Of a stretch of 64,000 bases of DNA, positions 45,261-53,939 are shown in pieces. Every line of letters begins with the position of its first letter. Positions within the stretch are counted from its first letter, which is position 1. The notes beneath the pieces were generated by a model, which was not told where the DNA came from, did not search any database, and was given only the letters and a program-made list of their open reading frames with translations. Origin of the DNA: Bacteroidaceae bacterium (GTDB taxonomy: Bacteria; Bacteroidota; Bacteroidia; Bacteroidales; Bacteroidaceae). The stretch is taken from positions 1,986 through 65,985 of the forward strand of contig JAFUWG010000053.1 in NCBI GenBank assembly GCA_017483605.1, in the 5' to 3' direction. Position numbers and translations under genes: made by a program.

Positions 45261-48188
45261 TTAGAAAATAAAGTTATCGTCTTCCCATTCCTCGCCATCG
45301 TCGGCGGCGTCGTCTTCGGCAGGCTCTGGCAGTTCCGTCGGTTCGTCGAGCGAGGAGGGTTCGTCTTCGCTGATGCGGAGGGAGCCGATGCGGTCGAAGT
45401 GTTCGTCGTAGAAGTCGAAGTAGTCGGCAAAACTGAGGCCTTTCATCAGTTTCTTGAGGTTCTCCTCGCTGATGATGAAGCACTTGAGGCCTTGCAGTTT
45501 GTATGCCATATCGGGATTGTTGAAAAGGCGGTGCATGTAGATGTACGCCTCATCATAGTTGAGGAACGTGCGGACCTGCATCATGTCGATGCCATCGCCC
45601 TTCTCCATCGTCAGGTCGAAGTTGCGGACAGTGAAGGCGGTGAAGTTGTAACGTGCCATCTCATAGAGCAACTGGTTCTCATCCACAGAATCACGCTCGT
45701 AGGCAATCACAAAGACGAAGTCGGCATTCTTCTCAAGACTGAACGTCGAATCATTGGCAAGCGAGTCTTCTTCCTCGCCAAAACCACGCCGACGTTCCCA
45801 GATGCTGCCCATCTCGAACTTGCCACTCGCCAACAGACGACCTTCTTTCAACCCCTTCACATACATGCCCGCCAGTTCGCTCACACTCGCCTTTGGATAC
45901 TTCTCCACAATCTCCTTCAGGTCGCTCATGAAGTGGTCTCGGTCGCCCAATTCCAACTTACTCATTGCCTCCAGGAACATAAACCGGGCACGGTTCTCGC
46001 CGTTCGGATACGCCTTGCCCATCTCTTGGCTGTTGCGGATAACCGTCTGATAGTCATTGTAATTATAAGCATCATACGTCACCGAATAGACGGAATCTTC
46101 TATCTGCTTGCCATATCGTCCCTTAAACTCAAACTCGGGGTCGGCAATCAAGATGGCGTGTTCATTCTCAGGATATTCCTCCATCAGTTTCTGGCGATAC
46201 GCCTCCGCTTCATCCCGCCGCTCCATTCGCGAATAGAGTTGGAACATGTTGTAGCACACCTCGTCCGTCTGCTGAAAATCAGGAAAATCGGTCAAGATAC
46301 GGATGAACGTTCGTTCTGCCAAGGGGAAGTTCTCCATGCGGTCCTTATAGATGACAGCCGAGCCATACAGCCCCTCCACCAATGCGGCATTCGATGCCTC
46401 CATCTGCTCCTCGGTGAACGGAATGTCCTTCAAATAGTATTCTGGGCGATGCGGGTCGTTGGCATACTCTTCCGCCTTGATGCTGTCCTTCTCTTCCTTC
46501 GACAACTTCTTGCCTTTGTTCGCCTGATAGATACTGTCTTCCACCGCCGCGATGCTGTCCTGCACGGCTTTCAGGCTATCCGATATTTCCTCGTCGTTAA
46601 AGTCGCTCAGCACCGTCTTGTTGTTACGCCGCCAGTCGTCAGCCAAATCACGCTTGCCCCACTTCTTCTCAAACTCCTTCTTACCCGCCGTCACCGTGGT
46701 CGGATTGTAGAAGTACCACACCGCCGTCTGCTGCCCGCCAGCCCGGTTGCCTACTCCCTGCTGAGCATTGGCGCCAGCACGTTGAGCCGCTCCACCCTGC
46801 TGACCGTTAGCCGCTTCCGCCGCTTTTTTCTCATCTTCCTTCTCCTTCTTTTTCAGTTCCTCGATGGTCTTCTTGATTTTCGCCATCAGCGTGACCGAAT
46901 CGAGTTTCGCCATCATCTGAAGACTGTCCTGCAGTTCCACCGCCGACGCATAAGGCAGCAACTCGTCCAGAATCTTGCTCCGCTCGTCTATCTCTTTGTA
47001 GTCCTCACGGTCTTTGTCCAACAGACCCAACACCTGCGAATAGCACTCCTGTGCCTTCACAAACTTCTCCGTGTCCCAATACAACTGCCCCAAATGCAGC
47101 ATCACGACACCCTTCTCGATGCCGTTCCGAGTGCTTTTCTCCACACCGTCCTTATATGCCCAAATGGCACGTGTCGTGTCGCCCTTTGCCAGATAGATGT
47201 TGCCGATGGCATAGAACACTTGGTCGAGATAGTCCTTATTTTTCGGATTCTTCGACATCGCCGTCAATTTCCGAATCATCTGTTTCGACTTACCTTTCGA
47301 CATCGCCTCCGTCATCTGAATACGAGCGTTAAACTCCAGTTCGTAAGGCGGATTCTTGCGGATGACCTTCTTGAAATACTTGTAAGCCTCAGGGTCGTGA
47401 CCTATCTTATGATAGAGTTGCCCCAACAAGAGGAACATGCGAGCACGAGGCAGGCTTCTGTGCTCAGCCTTCAACGCCTTTTCGATGTTCAATATTGCCT
47501 CTGGATACTGCTGATTACGCAACTGAATGTCAGCCAAGACAGAGGCTTTCAGCGGTTCGAGCGAAGTAGGGAAAGAGTCCCTTTGTGCCCGAGTTATCAA
47601 GTCTTCCGCATCGTAGAACCACTCCATCTCGGCATAGCAACGAGCCTCCAGCAGACGTGCCCGTGCCACCAGATTGGGCTTCGAGAAATAGAGCCGCTGA
47701 ATATATGCAAACGTCGATGCCGCCTCCATATACTCACCCTTGCGGAACTGTGCCTCGCCCATCAAGAACCACGCCCTCCACAAGAACGGGTTATACTCCT
47801 TCTGGCTCAGCCAAATCTTGTCCTTCGGCTTCTTCGGTCGATTCTTCTTCCATTCAGGTCGCTTCGTGATGCTATGCGTCTTGATGGTCTTCTGACACTT
47901 CTCCACAGCCGTAGAGAAATTGCCCGACCCCATCTTTGCCGTCGCCTTATTGCCCGTGATGTACAGCGGAATCAACTCCGTATAGTTATCCTTATTCCCC
48001 TCTTCCTGCAATCGGCGACCTTCCTTATACGCCTCATTTCCATTGAAATAGGTGTTATACCTCGCCTTGAAGCCCTGCACATTGCGAGTCAACGACGTAT
48101 TCTTCTTCGTAGAACACGACGCCAACAACAGCACTGCCATGTATATATATAATATGTGTAGGACTCGTTTCAAAACCACAAAAGGCAC
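45261..48188 (-). CDS. porW: PorW/SprE T9SS TPR lipoprotein
   Basis: 975 aa. Lipobox LLLASCSTKKNTSLTRNVQGFKARYNTYFNGNEAY matches the SprE/PorW N-terminal signature. TPR-like repeats throughout. Acidic C-terminal tail. Confidence 0.8.
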   Translation of the reverse strand: MPFVVLKRVLHILYIYMAVLLLASCSTKKNTSLTRNVQGFKARYNTYFNGNEAYKEGRRLQEEGNKDNYTELIPLYITGNKATAKMGSGNFSTAVEKCQKTIKTHSITKRPEWKKNRPKKPKDKIWLSQKEYNPFLWRAWFLMGEAQFRKGEYMEAASTFAYIQRLYFSKPNLVARARLLEARCYAEMEWFYDAEDLITRAQRDSFPTSLEPLKASVLADIQLRNQQYPEAILNIEKALKAEHRSLPRARMFLLLGQLYHKIGHDPEAYKYFKKVIRKNPPYELEFNARIQMTEAMSKGKSKQMIRKLTAMSKNPKNKDYLDQVFYAIGNIYLAKGDTTRAIWAYKDGVEKSTRNGIEKGVVMLHLGQLYWDTEKFVKAQECYSQVLGLLDKDREDYKEIDERSKILDELLPYASAVELQDSLQMMAKLDSVTLMAKIKKTIEELKKKEKEDEKKAAEAANGQQGGAAQRAGANAQQGVGNRAGGQQTAVWYFYNPTTVTAGKKEFEKKWGKRDLADDWRRNNKTVLSDFNDEEISDSLKAVQDSIAAVEDSIYQANKGKKLSKEEKDSIKAEEYANDPHRPEYYLKDIPFTEEQMEASNAALVEGLYGSAVIYKDRMENFPLAERTFIRILTDFPDFQQTDEVCYNMFQLYSRMERRDEAEAYRQKLMEEYPENEHAILIADPEFEFKGRYGKQIEDSVYSVTYDAYNYNDYQTVIRNSQEMGKAYPNGENRARFMFLEAMSKLELGDRDHFMSDLKEIVEKYPKASVSELAGMYVKGLKEGRLLASGKFEMGSIWERRRGFGEEEDSLANDSTFSLEKNADFVFVIAYERDSVDENQLLYEMARYNFTAFTVRNFDLTMEKGDGIDMMQVRTFLNYDEAYIYMHRLFNNPDMAYKLQGLKCFIISEENLKKLMKGLSFADYFDFYDEHFDRIGSLRISEDEPSSLDEPTELPEPAEDDAADDGEEWEDDNFIF

Positions 48189-48316
48189 TTCTATACCTAA
48201 TCAATAACGAAACACTCCCCCCTTTTATTGTGACAAAGCCACCCGAATGTTCATCCCTGCCTCATTTCCTTCTCAAAATTTCCGTCCGAGGGTTTGTGTA
48301 TATCAAATAAAAAGAG

Positions 48317-48324
48317 TACTTTTG
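48317..48324 (+). promoter_or_regulatory. -7 promoter box TACTTTTG (sod)
   Basis: TAnnTTTG match about 36 nt upstream of ATG 48361. Confidence 0.5.
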
Positions 48325-48360
48325 CAACGATTTATTCACCTTCTAAAACCTAAAATAGAC

Positions 48361-48969
48361 ATGACACAGACATTGCCAAAGGACGGAAAGTTTGCGTTGG
48401 TAACTTTGCCGTATGCGGAAGATGCACTGGCACCCGTCATCAGTGCCGAAACCATTGGGTTCCACCACGGGAAGCATCTCCAGACGTATGTGAATAACCT
48501 GAACGGATTGCTGCCAGGGAGTCCGTTTGAGGGGCTGCCACTCGAAGAGATTGTGCAGAAGAGCGAGGGCGGCATCTTCAACAATGCAGGTCAGATACTG
48601 AATCACAACCTTTATTTCACACAGTTTGCGGCACCGAAAGAGGGCAACGCACCCGTGGGTGAGATTGCCGCAGCCATCGATGCCCAGTTCGGTTCGTTCG
48701 AGGCATTCAAGGCTGAGTTCGAGAAGAAAGGGGCAACCCTGTTCGGCTCTGGCTGGGTGTGGCTCGCAGCCGACAAGGAGGGCAAGTTGCAAATCACCCA
48801 AGAAACCAACGCTGGCAATCCCATCACGAAGGGATTGACCCCGCTGCTCACGTTCGATGTGTGGGAACACGCCTACTACCTCGACTATCAGAATCGCCGA
48901 CCTGCCCACCTTGCCGCCCTGTGGCAACTCATCAACTGGGCAGAAGTCAATCGGCGTTATCAGGAGTAA
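48361..48969 (+). CDS. sod: Fe/Mn superoxide dismutase
   Basis: Start MTQTLPKDGKFALVTLPY. FHHGKHLQTYVNNLN and DVWEHAYYLDYQNRR metal-ligand motifs. Track ORF has an upstream extension. Confidence 0.92.
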   Translation: MTQTLPKDGKFALVTLPYAEDALAPVISAETIGFHHGKHLQTYVNNLNGLLPGSPFEGLPLEEIVQKSEGGIFNNAGQILNHNLYFTQFAAPKEGNAPVGEIAAAIDAQFGSFEAFKAEFEKKGATLFGSGWVWLAADKEGKLQITQETNAGNPITKGLTPLLTFDVWEHAYYLDYQNRRPAHLAALWQLINWAEVNRRYQE

Positions 48970-49014
48970 CTTTCCCTATCACTCCAAAGTTCATCCCTCG
49001 AAACTCCCATCATC

Positions 49015-49052
49015 AAGCAACCTTTTCAACCAGCCTGAAGAGGTTGCTTTTT
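49015..49052 (+). terminator. intrinsic terminator after sod
   Basis: AAGCAACCT (49015-49023) pairs with AGGTTGCTT (49041-49049), followed by TTTTGG. Confidence 0.55.
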
Positions 49053-49189
49053 GGTGACAAAGTGCACCAAAAAAGCACCAAACCCTTTCTTTTTGAACAA
49101 AATGGCACTACTTTAGATAAATTTTGAACACCTTTTGTAAATATTTTTGTTCTTCACGCTCTTTTCTGAAAAATGTATGTCTTTTTTGT

Positions 49190-49197
49190 TAACTTTG
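49190..49197 (+). promoter_or_regulatory. -7 promoter box TAACTTTG (AraC-HTH gene)
   Basis: TAnnTTTG match about 135 nt upstream of ATG 49333. Confidence 0.4.
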
Positions 49198-49215
49198 CAA
49201 TGTCTTAAGGCTTGG

Positions 49216-49260
49216 GTTTTTAAGTTCTTGAGTTCTTAAGTTCTTGAGTTTTTAAGTTAA
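49216..49260 (+). repeat. octamer tandem repeat (TT[CT]TT[AG]AG) x5
   Basis: TTTTTAAG TTCTTGAG TTCTTAAG TTCTTGAG TTTTTAAG. Reverse-complement relative of the repeat at 19184-19220. Lies in the leader of the AraC-HTH gene. Confidence 0.8.
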
Positions 49261-49332
49261 CACCTCTATTGTTTCACAACAAAAACAACCAAAAAAAACA
49301 AATTTTTTCATCTCTAACAATTCCATCAACCT

Positions 49333-49680
49333 ATGAAGAACTTACTAAACGAGATGCAGGCCAAGTACAAGGAAATGGTCAACGCCCATCCTCCTTTCTA
49401 CGTGAAGCCCAGTTACAGCATCAAAGACCTCGCCAAAGACCTTGGCACCAATCGCACCTATGCGTCTCGATTCGTCAATCAGACCATGGGCGTCAAGTTC
49501 ACCGACCTGCTCAGCGAACTGCGTCTTTCCTATCTCCTGGAACTCCACAAGGAGCAGCCCAATGCCACCATCACATGGCTGGCACACCAGAGCGGTTTTT
49601 CCAACATGTTTTCATTCCGTCGCACTTTCTTCAAGAAATTCGGCACAACACCCACCGAATATTTGGGGAGGAAGAAGTAG
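49333..49680 (+). CDS. stand-alone AraC-type helix-turn-helix domain protein
   Basis: 115 aa. IKDLAKDLGTNRTYASRFV ... WLAHQSGFSNMFSFRRTFFKKFGTTPTEY is the two-HTH AraC C-terminal domain with no sensor domain. Confidence 0.6.
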   Translation: MKNLLNEMQAKYKEMVNAHPPFYVKPSYSIKDLAKDLGTNRTYASRFVNQTMGVKFTDLLSELRLSYLLELHKEQPNATITWLAHQSGFSNMFSFRRTFFKKFGTTPTEYLGRKK

Positions 49681-49705
49681 TCGCACAAACACACCTCTTC
49701 TGCTG

Positions 49706-50134
49706 TCAACCTCCCCCCACTCTTCTTTCTCCAACAATCAAGAACACCTCATCTTTCATCTCATCTGGCAACTCCACCCCACGGAGTTGCAATGAGCGTA
49801 TCCACCCTGCCACTTCCTCTTCCCTCATGGTGTAGAGCACCTCCCGAAATTCTTCCACCTCTTCGGGCTGGTACTCATCGCTCCTCACCCCACGGAAGCG
49901 GTCCAGTTCCTCGTCGCTGTAATACTCAATCTGCTTGCTCACCGCCGCCAGCAGGCTTTCCTTCTCACACACCTCGTGCTGACCGCAGCACTCCATGTCC
50001 TGCACCTGCTGAATGGTGGGCAGTTCCGCGATTTCGCCCTTCGCCAGTTTCCTCTTCAGTTTCTTCTCCCTGAGGAAACCCGCCACCAGAGCGACCACGC
50101 CCAGCAGCACTAATCCTATCATCAAGTAAATCAT
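49706..50134 (-). CDS. membrane-anchored hypothetical protein
   Basis: 142 aa. N-terminal TM MIYLMIGLVLLGVVALVAGF. Acidic C-terminal part. Start overlaps the aroA stop by 4 nt. Confidence 0.5.
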   Translation of the reverse strand: MIYLMIGLVLLGVVALVAGFLREKKLKRKLAKGEIAELPTIQQVQDMECCGQHEVCEKESLLAAVSKQIEYYSDEELDRFRGVRSDEYQPEEVEEFREVLYTMREEEVAGWIRSLQLRGVELPDEMKDEVFLIVGERRVGGG

Positions 50135-51378
50135 ACCTCCGTTATCTCAAATCCAACCTGCTTCAAGTCTTCCCAATACTTCGGGTACGACTTCGACACC
50201 ACCTCCGGGTCACAGATGCGAATCGTCCCCCTCCGCAGAGCCACAGGGGCAAACGCCATCGCCATGCGGTGGTCTTCGTAGGTCGCAATCGCCACCTCCT
50301 CCGAGGCCGCCGCCGACACCTTTCCGTCCCACAGCAGTTCGCAGTCGTTCCTGTCCTCAAGGGCATAGCCCAACTTACCCAGTTCCACCTTCAACGCCTC
50401 CATCCTGTCGGTCTCCTTGATTTTCAGACTCTGCAAACCCGTCAGGTGGAACGGCACACCCATCAGGCAGCACGTCACCACCACCGTCTGAGCCAAATCG
50501 GGCATCTCCAGAAAATCCTGCTCCAACCGCTTCACACACGCTCCCCCCTTCCTCAGCACCACCTCCGTGCCTCGATGCTCCGTCTTCACGCCCAACTGCT
50601 CAAACACCTTCGCCCCGCGGCTGTCGCCTTGCAGACTCTCCGCAAACAGCCCCGGCAGCACCACCTCGGCATCCTCGTTCTCCGCCAACGCCACCATTTC
50701 GTACCAGTAACTCGCCGCACTCCAGTCGCTCTCCACCTTGTACTGCCGCACTCCGTATGGCACCGCTTCCACCTCGATAGCCTCTTCCGAGCCCTGCGTT
50801 GTCCACGCCGCCCGAGCCCCATACTCCCGCATGATGGCAAGCGTCATGTCAATGTAAGGGCGACTCACCACCCTGTCCGTCAGCACCAGCCGCAGCCCCC
50901 GCTTCATCACCGGACCAATCATCAGCAACGCTGAGATGTATTGTGAACTCACATCACCCCTCAGCCGCACCTCGCCGCCCTCCATCTCGGGGTTGCCCGT
51001 GATACGCAGCGGCGGAAAGCCCTCCTTCTCCACATATTCAACCCCCGCGCCCAGCCGTCGCAACGCATCCACCAGCACCCCAATCGGACGCTGCTTCATC
51101 CGCTCCGTGCCCGTGATGACCCTCGTGCCTTCCGTCACCGCCAGCAACGCCGACGAAAACCGCATCGCCGTGCCAGCCGCACCGATGTCCACCACCTCAG
51201 GCCGCTCTTTCAGCCATCCCATCATCACCCTCGTGTCGTCACAATCGCTCACATTTTCGGGCAATTGCTCCACCCCCGCCAGACTGTTGATGACCAGTGC
51301 ACGGTTGCTGATGCTCTTCGACGACGGCAGCACCACCCGTCCCTTGATAGCCTCGGGAGCCACTAATTTTATCTGCAT
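50131..51378 (-). CDS. aroA: 3-phosphoshikimate 1-carboxyvinyltransferase (EPSP synthase)
   Basis: Start MQIKLVAPEAIKGRVVLPSSKSISNRALV (LPxSKSxSNR motif) at 51378. The 85-codon extension in the track overlaps the divergent promoter region. Confidence 0.92.
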   Translation of the reverse strand: MQIKLVAPEAIKGRVVLPSSKSISNRALVINSLAGVEQLPENVSDCDDTRVMMGWLKERPEVVDIGAAGTAMRFSSALLAVTEGTRVITGTERMKQRPIGVLVDALRRLGAGVEYVEKEGFPPLRITGNPEMEGGEVRLRGDVSSQYISALLMIGPVMKRGLRLVLTDRVVSRPYIDMTLAIMREYGARAAWTTQGSEEAIEVEAVPYGVRQYKVESDWSAASYWYEMVALAENEDAEVVLPGLFAESLQGDSRGAKVFEQLGVKTEHRGTEVVLRKGGACVKRLEQDFLEMPDLAQTVVVTCCLMGVPFHLTGLQSLKIKETDRMEALKVELGKLGYALEDRNDCELLWDGKVSAAASEEVAIATYEDHRMAMAFAPVALRRGTIRICDPEVVSKSYPKYWEDLKQVGFEITEV

Positions 51379-51395
51379 AACCTTGAATTTTTCCA

Positions 51396-51403
51396 CAAAG
51401 GTA
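51396..51403 (-). promoter_or_regulatory. -7 promoter box TACCTTTG (aroA)
   Basis: TAnnTTTG match about 17 nt upstream of ATG 51378. Confidence 0.5.
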
Positions 51404-51426
51404 ACACTTTTTTCCTTCAAAATCCA

Positions 51427-51434
51427 TAAATTTG
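51427..51434 (+). promoter_or_regulatory. -7 promoter box TAAATTTG (OB-repeat lipoprotein)
   Basis: TAnnTTTG match about 26 nt upstream of ATG 51461. Back-to-back with the aroA promoter. Confidence 0.45.
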
Positions 51435-51460
51435 CACACAAATCCATCCTCCCACCCCCA

Positions 51461-52588
51461 ATGAGCAACCTACGCCCCCTCATATTATCCCTCCTCACAC
51501 TTTTTGTCCTCACTTTCGGTGCGTGCGAGAAGTTGGAACTGCCCTCATCGACTGACCCATCCGGCAACAGCGAGCAACAGGAAGAGCACACCCCTGCCGA
51601 CACGACCGCTACCGACACCACAACCGACCTCACGGGCTACTCCGTCAGCAACGTCATCCATCAGGAATACGACAACCCCTCGCAGGCTTACGTCATCGGA
51701 TACATCGTCGGATACGTCAGCGGCAACACCATGAAGTCGTGTATGTTCGAGGCGGGCGATGTGGTGACCAACCTGCTGCTTGCCGACATCCCCGTAGAGA
51801 CCGACCCCGACCGCTGCATCCCCGTCCAACTGACCAACAACACCGCCAGTTGCCGCGAGACCCGCGATGCACTCAACCTCGCCCACCACCCCGAGATGCT
51901 CCGTCAGAAAGTGCGGCTGCAAGGCAACATCGCCACATACATGAAAGTCCCAGGCATCAAGGAGGCGAAACACTATACCCTCCTCCCCGACGACTTCGAC
52001 TACGAGGCGTACTACGCATCCCTTGCCGACACCACCCACACGGAGGAACCGACGGACACCACCCATACCGAAGAGCCCGCCGACACCACCCACAACGAGC
52101 AACCCACCGACACCATCGCCCCACAGCCCGACCCTGACGACGAGGACATCCCCACCCTCGCCGACACCCTCCAGTACGTCAACACCCACGGCACCACAGA
52201 GGACGTTCCCTACCGTGTCATGGACTTCAAGACCTACCTCCCCGCCTATCTCGCCTACCACGGAGCCACGGGCATGAAGGATTCTTACGTCTGCGGCTAC
52301 ATCGTTGGCTACATCAAAGGGCAATCCATCCAGCGAGCCACCTTTACCGCTGGCGACGTCGCCACCAACATCGTCCTTGCCGATAGCCCCGACGAGACCA
52401 ATCCCGACCGCTGCATTGCCGTCCAACTCACCACCACTTCCAACCTCTCCAAGAGCACCCGCGAGGCACTGAACCTTGCCGCCCATCCCGAAAATCTCGG
52501 CAAGCAAGTCACCCTCTACGGCAACATCGACAAATACATGGGCACCCTCGGCATCAAGAATGCACGGTGGTATCAATTCGCTGAATAG
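51461..52588 (+). CDS. lipoprotein with two tandem copies of an OB-like domain (DUF6359-like)
   Basis: Start MSNLRPLILSLLTLFVLTFGAC (lipobox) at 51461. Two ~110-aa repeats share GYIVGY...N.(V/L)LAD...DPDRCI.VQL...R.ALNLA.HPE. A Thr/Glu/Pro linker separates them. Confidence 0.7.
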   Translation: MSNLRPLILSLLTLFVLTFGACEKLELPSSTDPSGNSEQQEEHTPADTTATDTTTDLTGYSVSNVIHQEYDNPSQAYVIGYIVGYVSGNTMKSCMFEAGDVVTNLLLADIPVETDPDRCIPVQLTNNTASCRETRDALNLAHHPEMLRQKVRLQGNIATYMKVPGIKEAKHYTLLPDDFDYEAYYASLADTTHTEEPTDTTHTEEPADTTHNEQPTDTIAPQPDPDDEDIPTLADTLQYVNTHGTTEDVPYRVMDFKTYLPAYLAYHGATGMKDSYVCGYIVGYIKGQSIQRATFTAGDVATNIVLADSPDETNPDRCIAVQLTTTSNLSKSTREALNLAAHPENLGKQVTLYGNIDKYMGTLGIKNARWYQFAE

Positions 52589-52620
52589 GGCATCTTCCAC
52601 CCCCTTTTGCGGGGAGTGTT

Positions 52621-52729
52621 CTTAAAACTAAACTTAGATTTTATAAAATTCAAGTTAGATTTATATAAATTTAAGTTCAATTTTATAAAATTTAAGTTGG
52701 ATTTTATAAAATCTAAGTTTAGTTTTAAG
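52621..52729. repeat. 109-bp AT-rich palindromic element, copy B
   Basis: Same sequence as 38306-38414 except one substitution (G at 52700 versus A at 38385). Lies between convergent genes. Confidence 0.9.
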
Positions 52730-52762
52730 ACCCTTCCCCGCTTCCCCACCTTTTAAAAGCCT

Positions 52763-52800
52763 AAAGGCGTCCTTCCCGTTGCTGGGGAAGGACGCCTTTT
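52763..52800. terminator. bidirectional intrinsic terminator between convergent genes
   Basis: AAAGGCGTCCTTCCC (52763-52777), 7-nt loop, GGGAAGGACGCCTTT (52785-52799). Perfect 15-bp stem with a T-run on one side and an A-run on the other. Confidence 0.7.
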
Positions 52801-52835
52801 CGATGTGGAGGGAGGTGCGTTGGCAACCTTGAAGA

Positions 52836-53927
52836 CTACTGGAGCACCTGTGGGATGAGCGTCTTGAGTGCCTCTACGCCCGAGGGGTTCGCCATGACCC
52901 TACCGTCGGGCGAAACGAGCAGATAGTAAGGCACTCCGATGAGTTGGTACTTGGCAAAGAACTGCTTGTAACCCTCGGGGGTGAGACAGTATTGTGCCCA
53001 CGGCATCTGGTCTTTCTCCATCGCAGCACGCCATGCGTCGTCTTTCTCGTCGCAAGAGACGGAAATGACCTCGAAGCGGTCGCGGTCGTAGGCATCGTAG
53101 AGCACCTTGATGTCGGGGGTGGAGGCACGGCAGATGCCGCACCACGATGCCCAGAAGTCGATGAGCAGGAGTTTGCCTTCGTGTGCCTTGACGATGTCGG
53201 CAAGTTGGCAGCGTGTGCCCTCGGGAGTGACCATGTCGAGGTCAACGACAGGGTTGCCCGTGGCAGTCATCTCGGCAATCTTGGCACGCTGCACGAAACG
53301 GTTGTAACGTGCGGTGTCGGCAGGACAGCCCGTGATGGTCTGCTGCAACTGGTGGATTTGCTCCGTGGTGAGGTTGTAGCCGTTGGTGAGCAGCCGATTG
53401 GCTGCATAGACAGACACCACCGACGTGGGATGCTTCTCAATGAACTGATAATCAAAGTGGAACGTCGGCTCGGAGAAAGAACTGAGGGACGTGAGAGCGA
53501 TGTATTCGCAGTAGTCGCGGTGAGACTCGCTGCCCACAATGTGGAAGTCGGCACTCTCGGGAGCGTCGGGGATGAGGTCGTAGGACGGCACCTGCAGGGT
53601 CATGTCGGAATTATCGACAAAGACGGGGGTGTAAGTCCATTTGACGTCTTTATAGTCGTTCTTCTCCGCCTTGTCGCCAAGGAGGGTGAGGTTGTTGGTC
53701 GTCAGGGTGCAGAGCATGGGGTGGTCAACGTGTCCCTCGAGGAAAAACTCACCGTTTTTCTGCACCGTGGCAGTGGCGATTTCCTCGCTCGACATGTCCT
53801 CGCTGCTGAGCAGCCCAATTTCCACGCCAGCCTTGAGCCCTTTCACTTTGCCGTGAATACGGAATGTCTGCTGTGCCGACACAGCACAGCAGACAATGAA
53901 TGATAGGAATGTGAAGAGGATTCTCAT
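52836..53927 (-). CDS. TlpA-like thiol:disulfide oxidoreductase (thioredoxin fold)
   Basis: 363 aa. Signal peptide. N-terminal beta-rich domain. FWASWCGICR active site. Confidence 0.8.
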   Translation of the reverse strand: MRILFTFLSFIVCCAVSAQQTFRIHGKVKGLKAGVEIGLLSSEDMSSEEIATATVQKNGEFFLEGHVDHPMLCTLTTNNLTLLGDKAEKNDYKDVKWTYTPVFVDNSDMTLQVPSYDLIPDAPESADFHIVGSESHRDYCEYIALTSLSSFSEPTFHFDYQFIEKHPTSVVSVYAANRLLTNGYNLTTEQIHQLQQTITGCPADTARYNRFVQRAKIAEMTATGNPVVDLDMVTPEGTRCQLADIVKAHEGKLLLIDFWASWCGICRASTPDIKVLYDAYDRDRFEVISVSCDEKDDAWRAAMEKDQMPWAQYCLTPEGYKQFFAKYQLIGVPYYLLVSPDGRVMANPSGVEALKTLIPQVLQ

Positions 53928-53939
53928 GCCAATTCCTTT

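Noticed and set aside
45213-48152. 979-aa ORF on the plus strand
   Set aside because: It is exactly antisense to porW/sprE, whose product has a clear lipobox, SprE-like N-terminus and TPR content. The antisense translation is low-complexity, rich in Leu/Arg/His/Val, and has no motif.
50131-51633. N-terminal extensions in track ORFs (aroA 500 aa; also the 51461 lipoprotein gene, listed from 50936; porX from 45028, rpoN from 38134, sod from 48247, PafA-like from 28856, coaX from 31394)
   Set aside because: In each case a downstream Met gives the canonical N-terminus or signal peptide and sits just after a TAnnTTTG box. The extensions overlap promoters or neighbouring genes.
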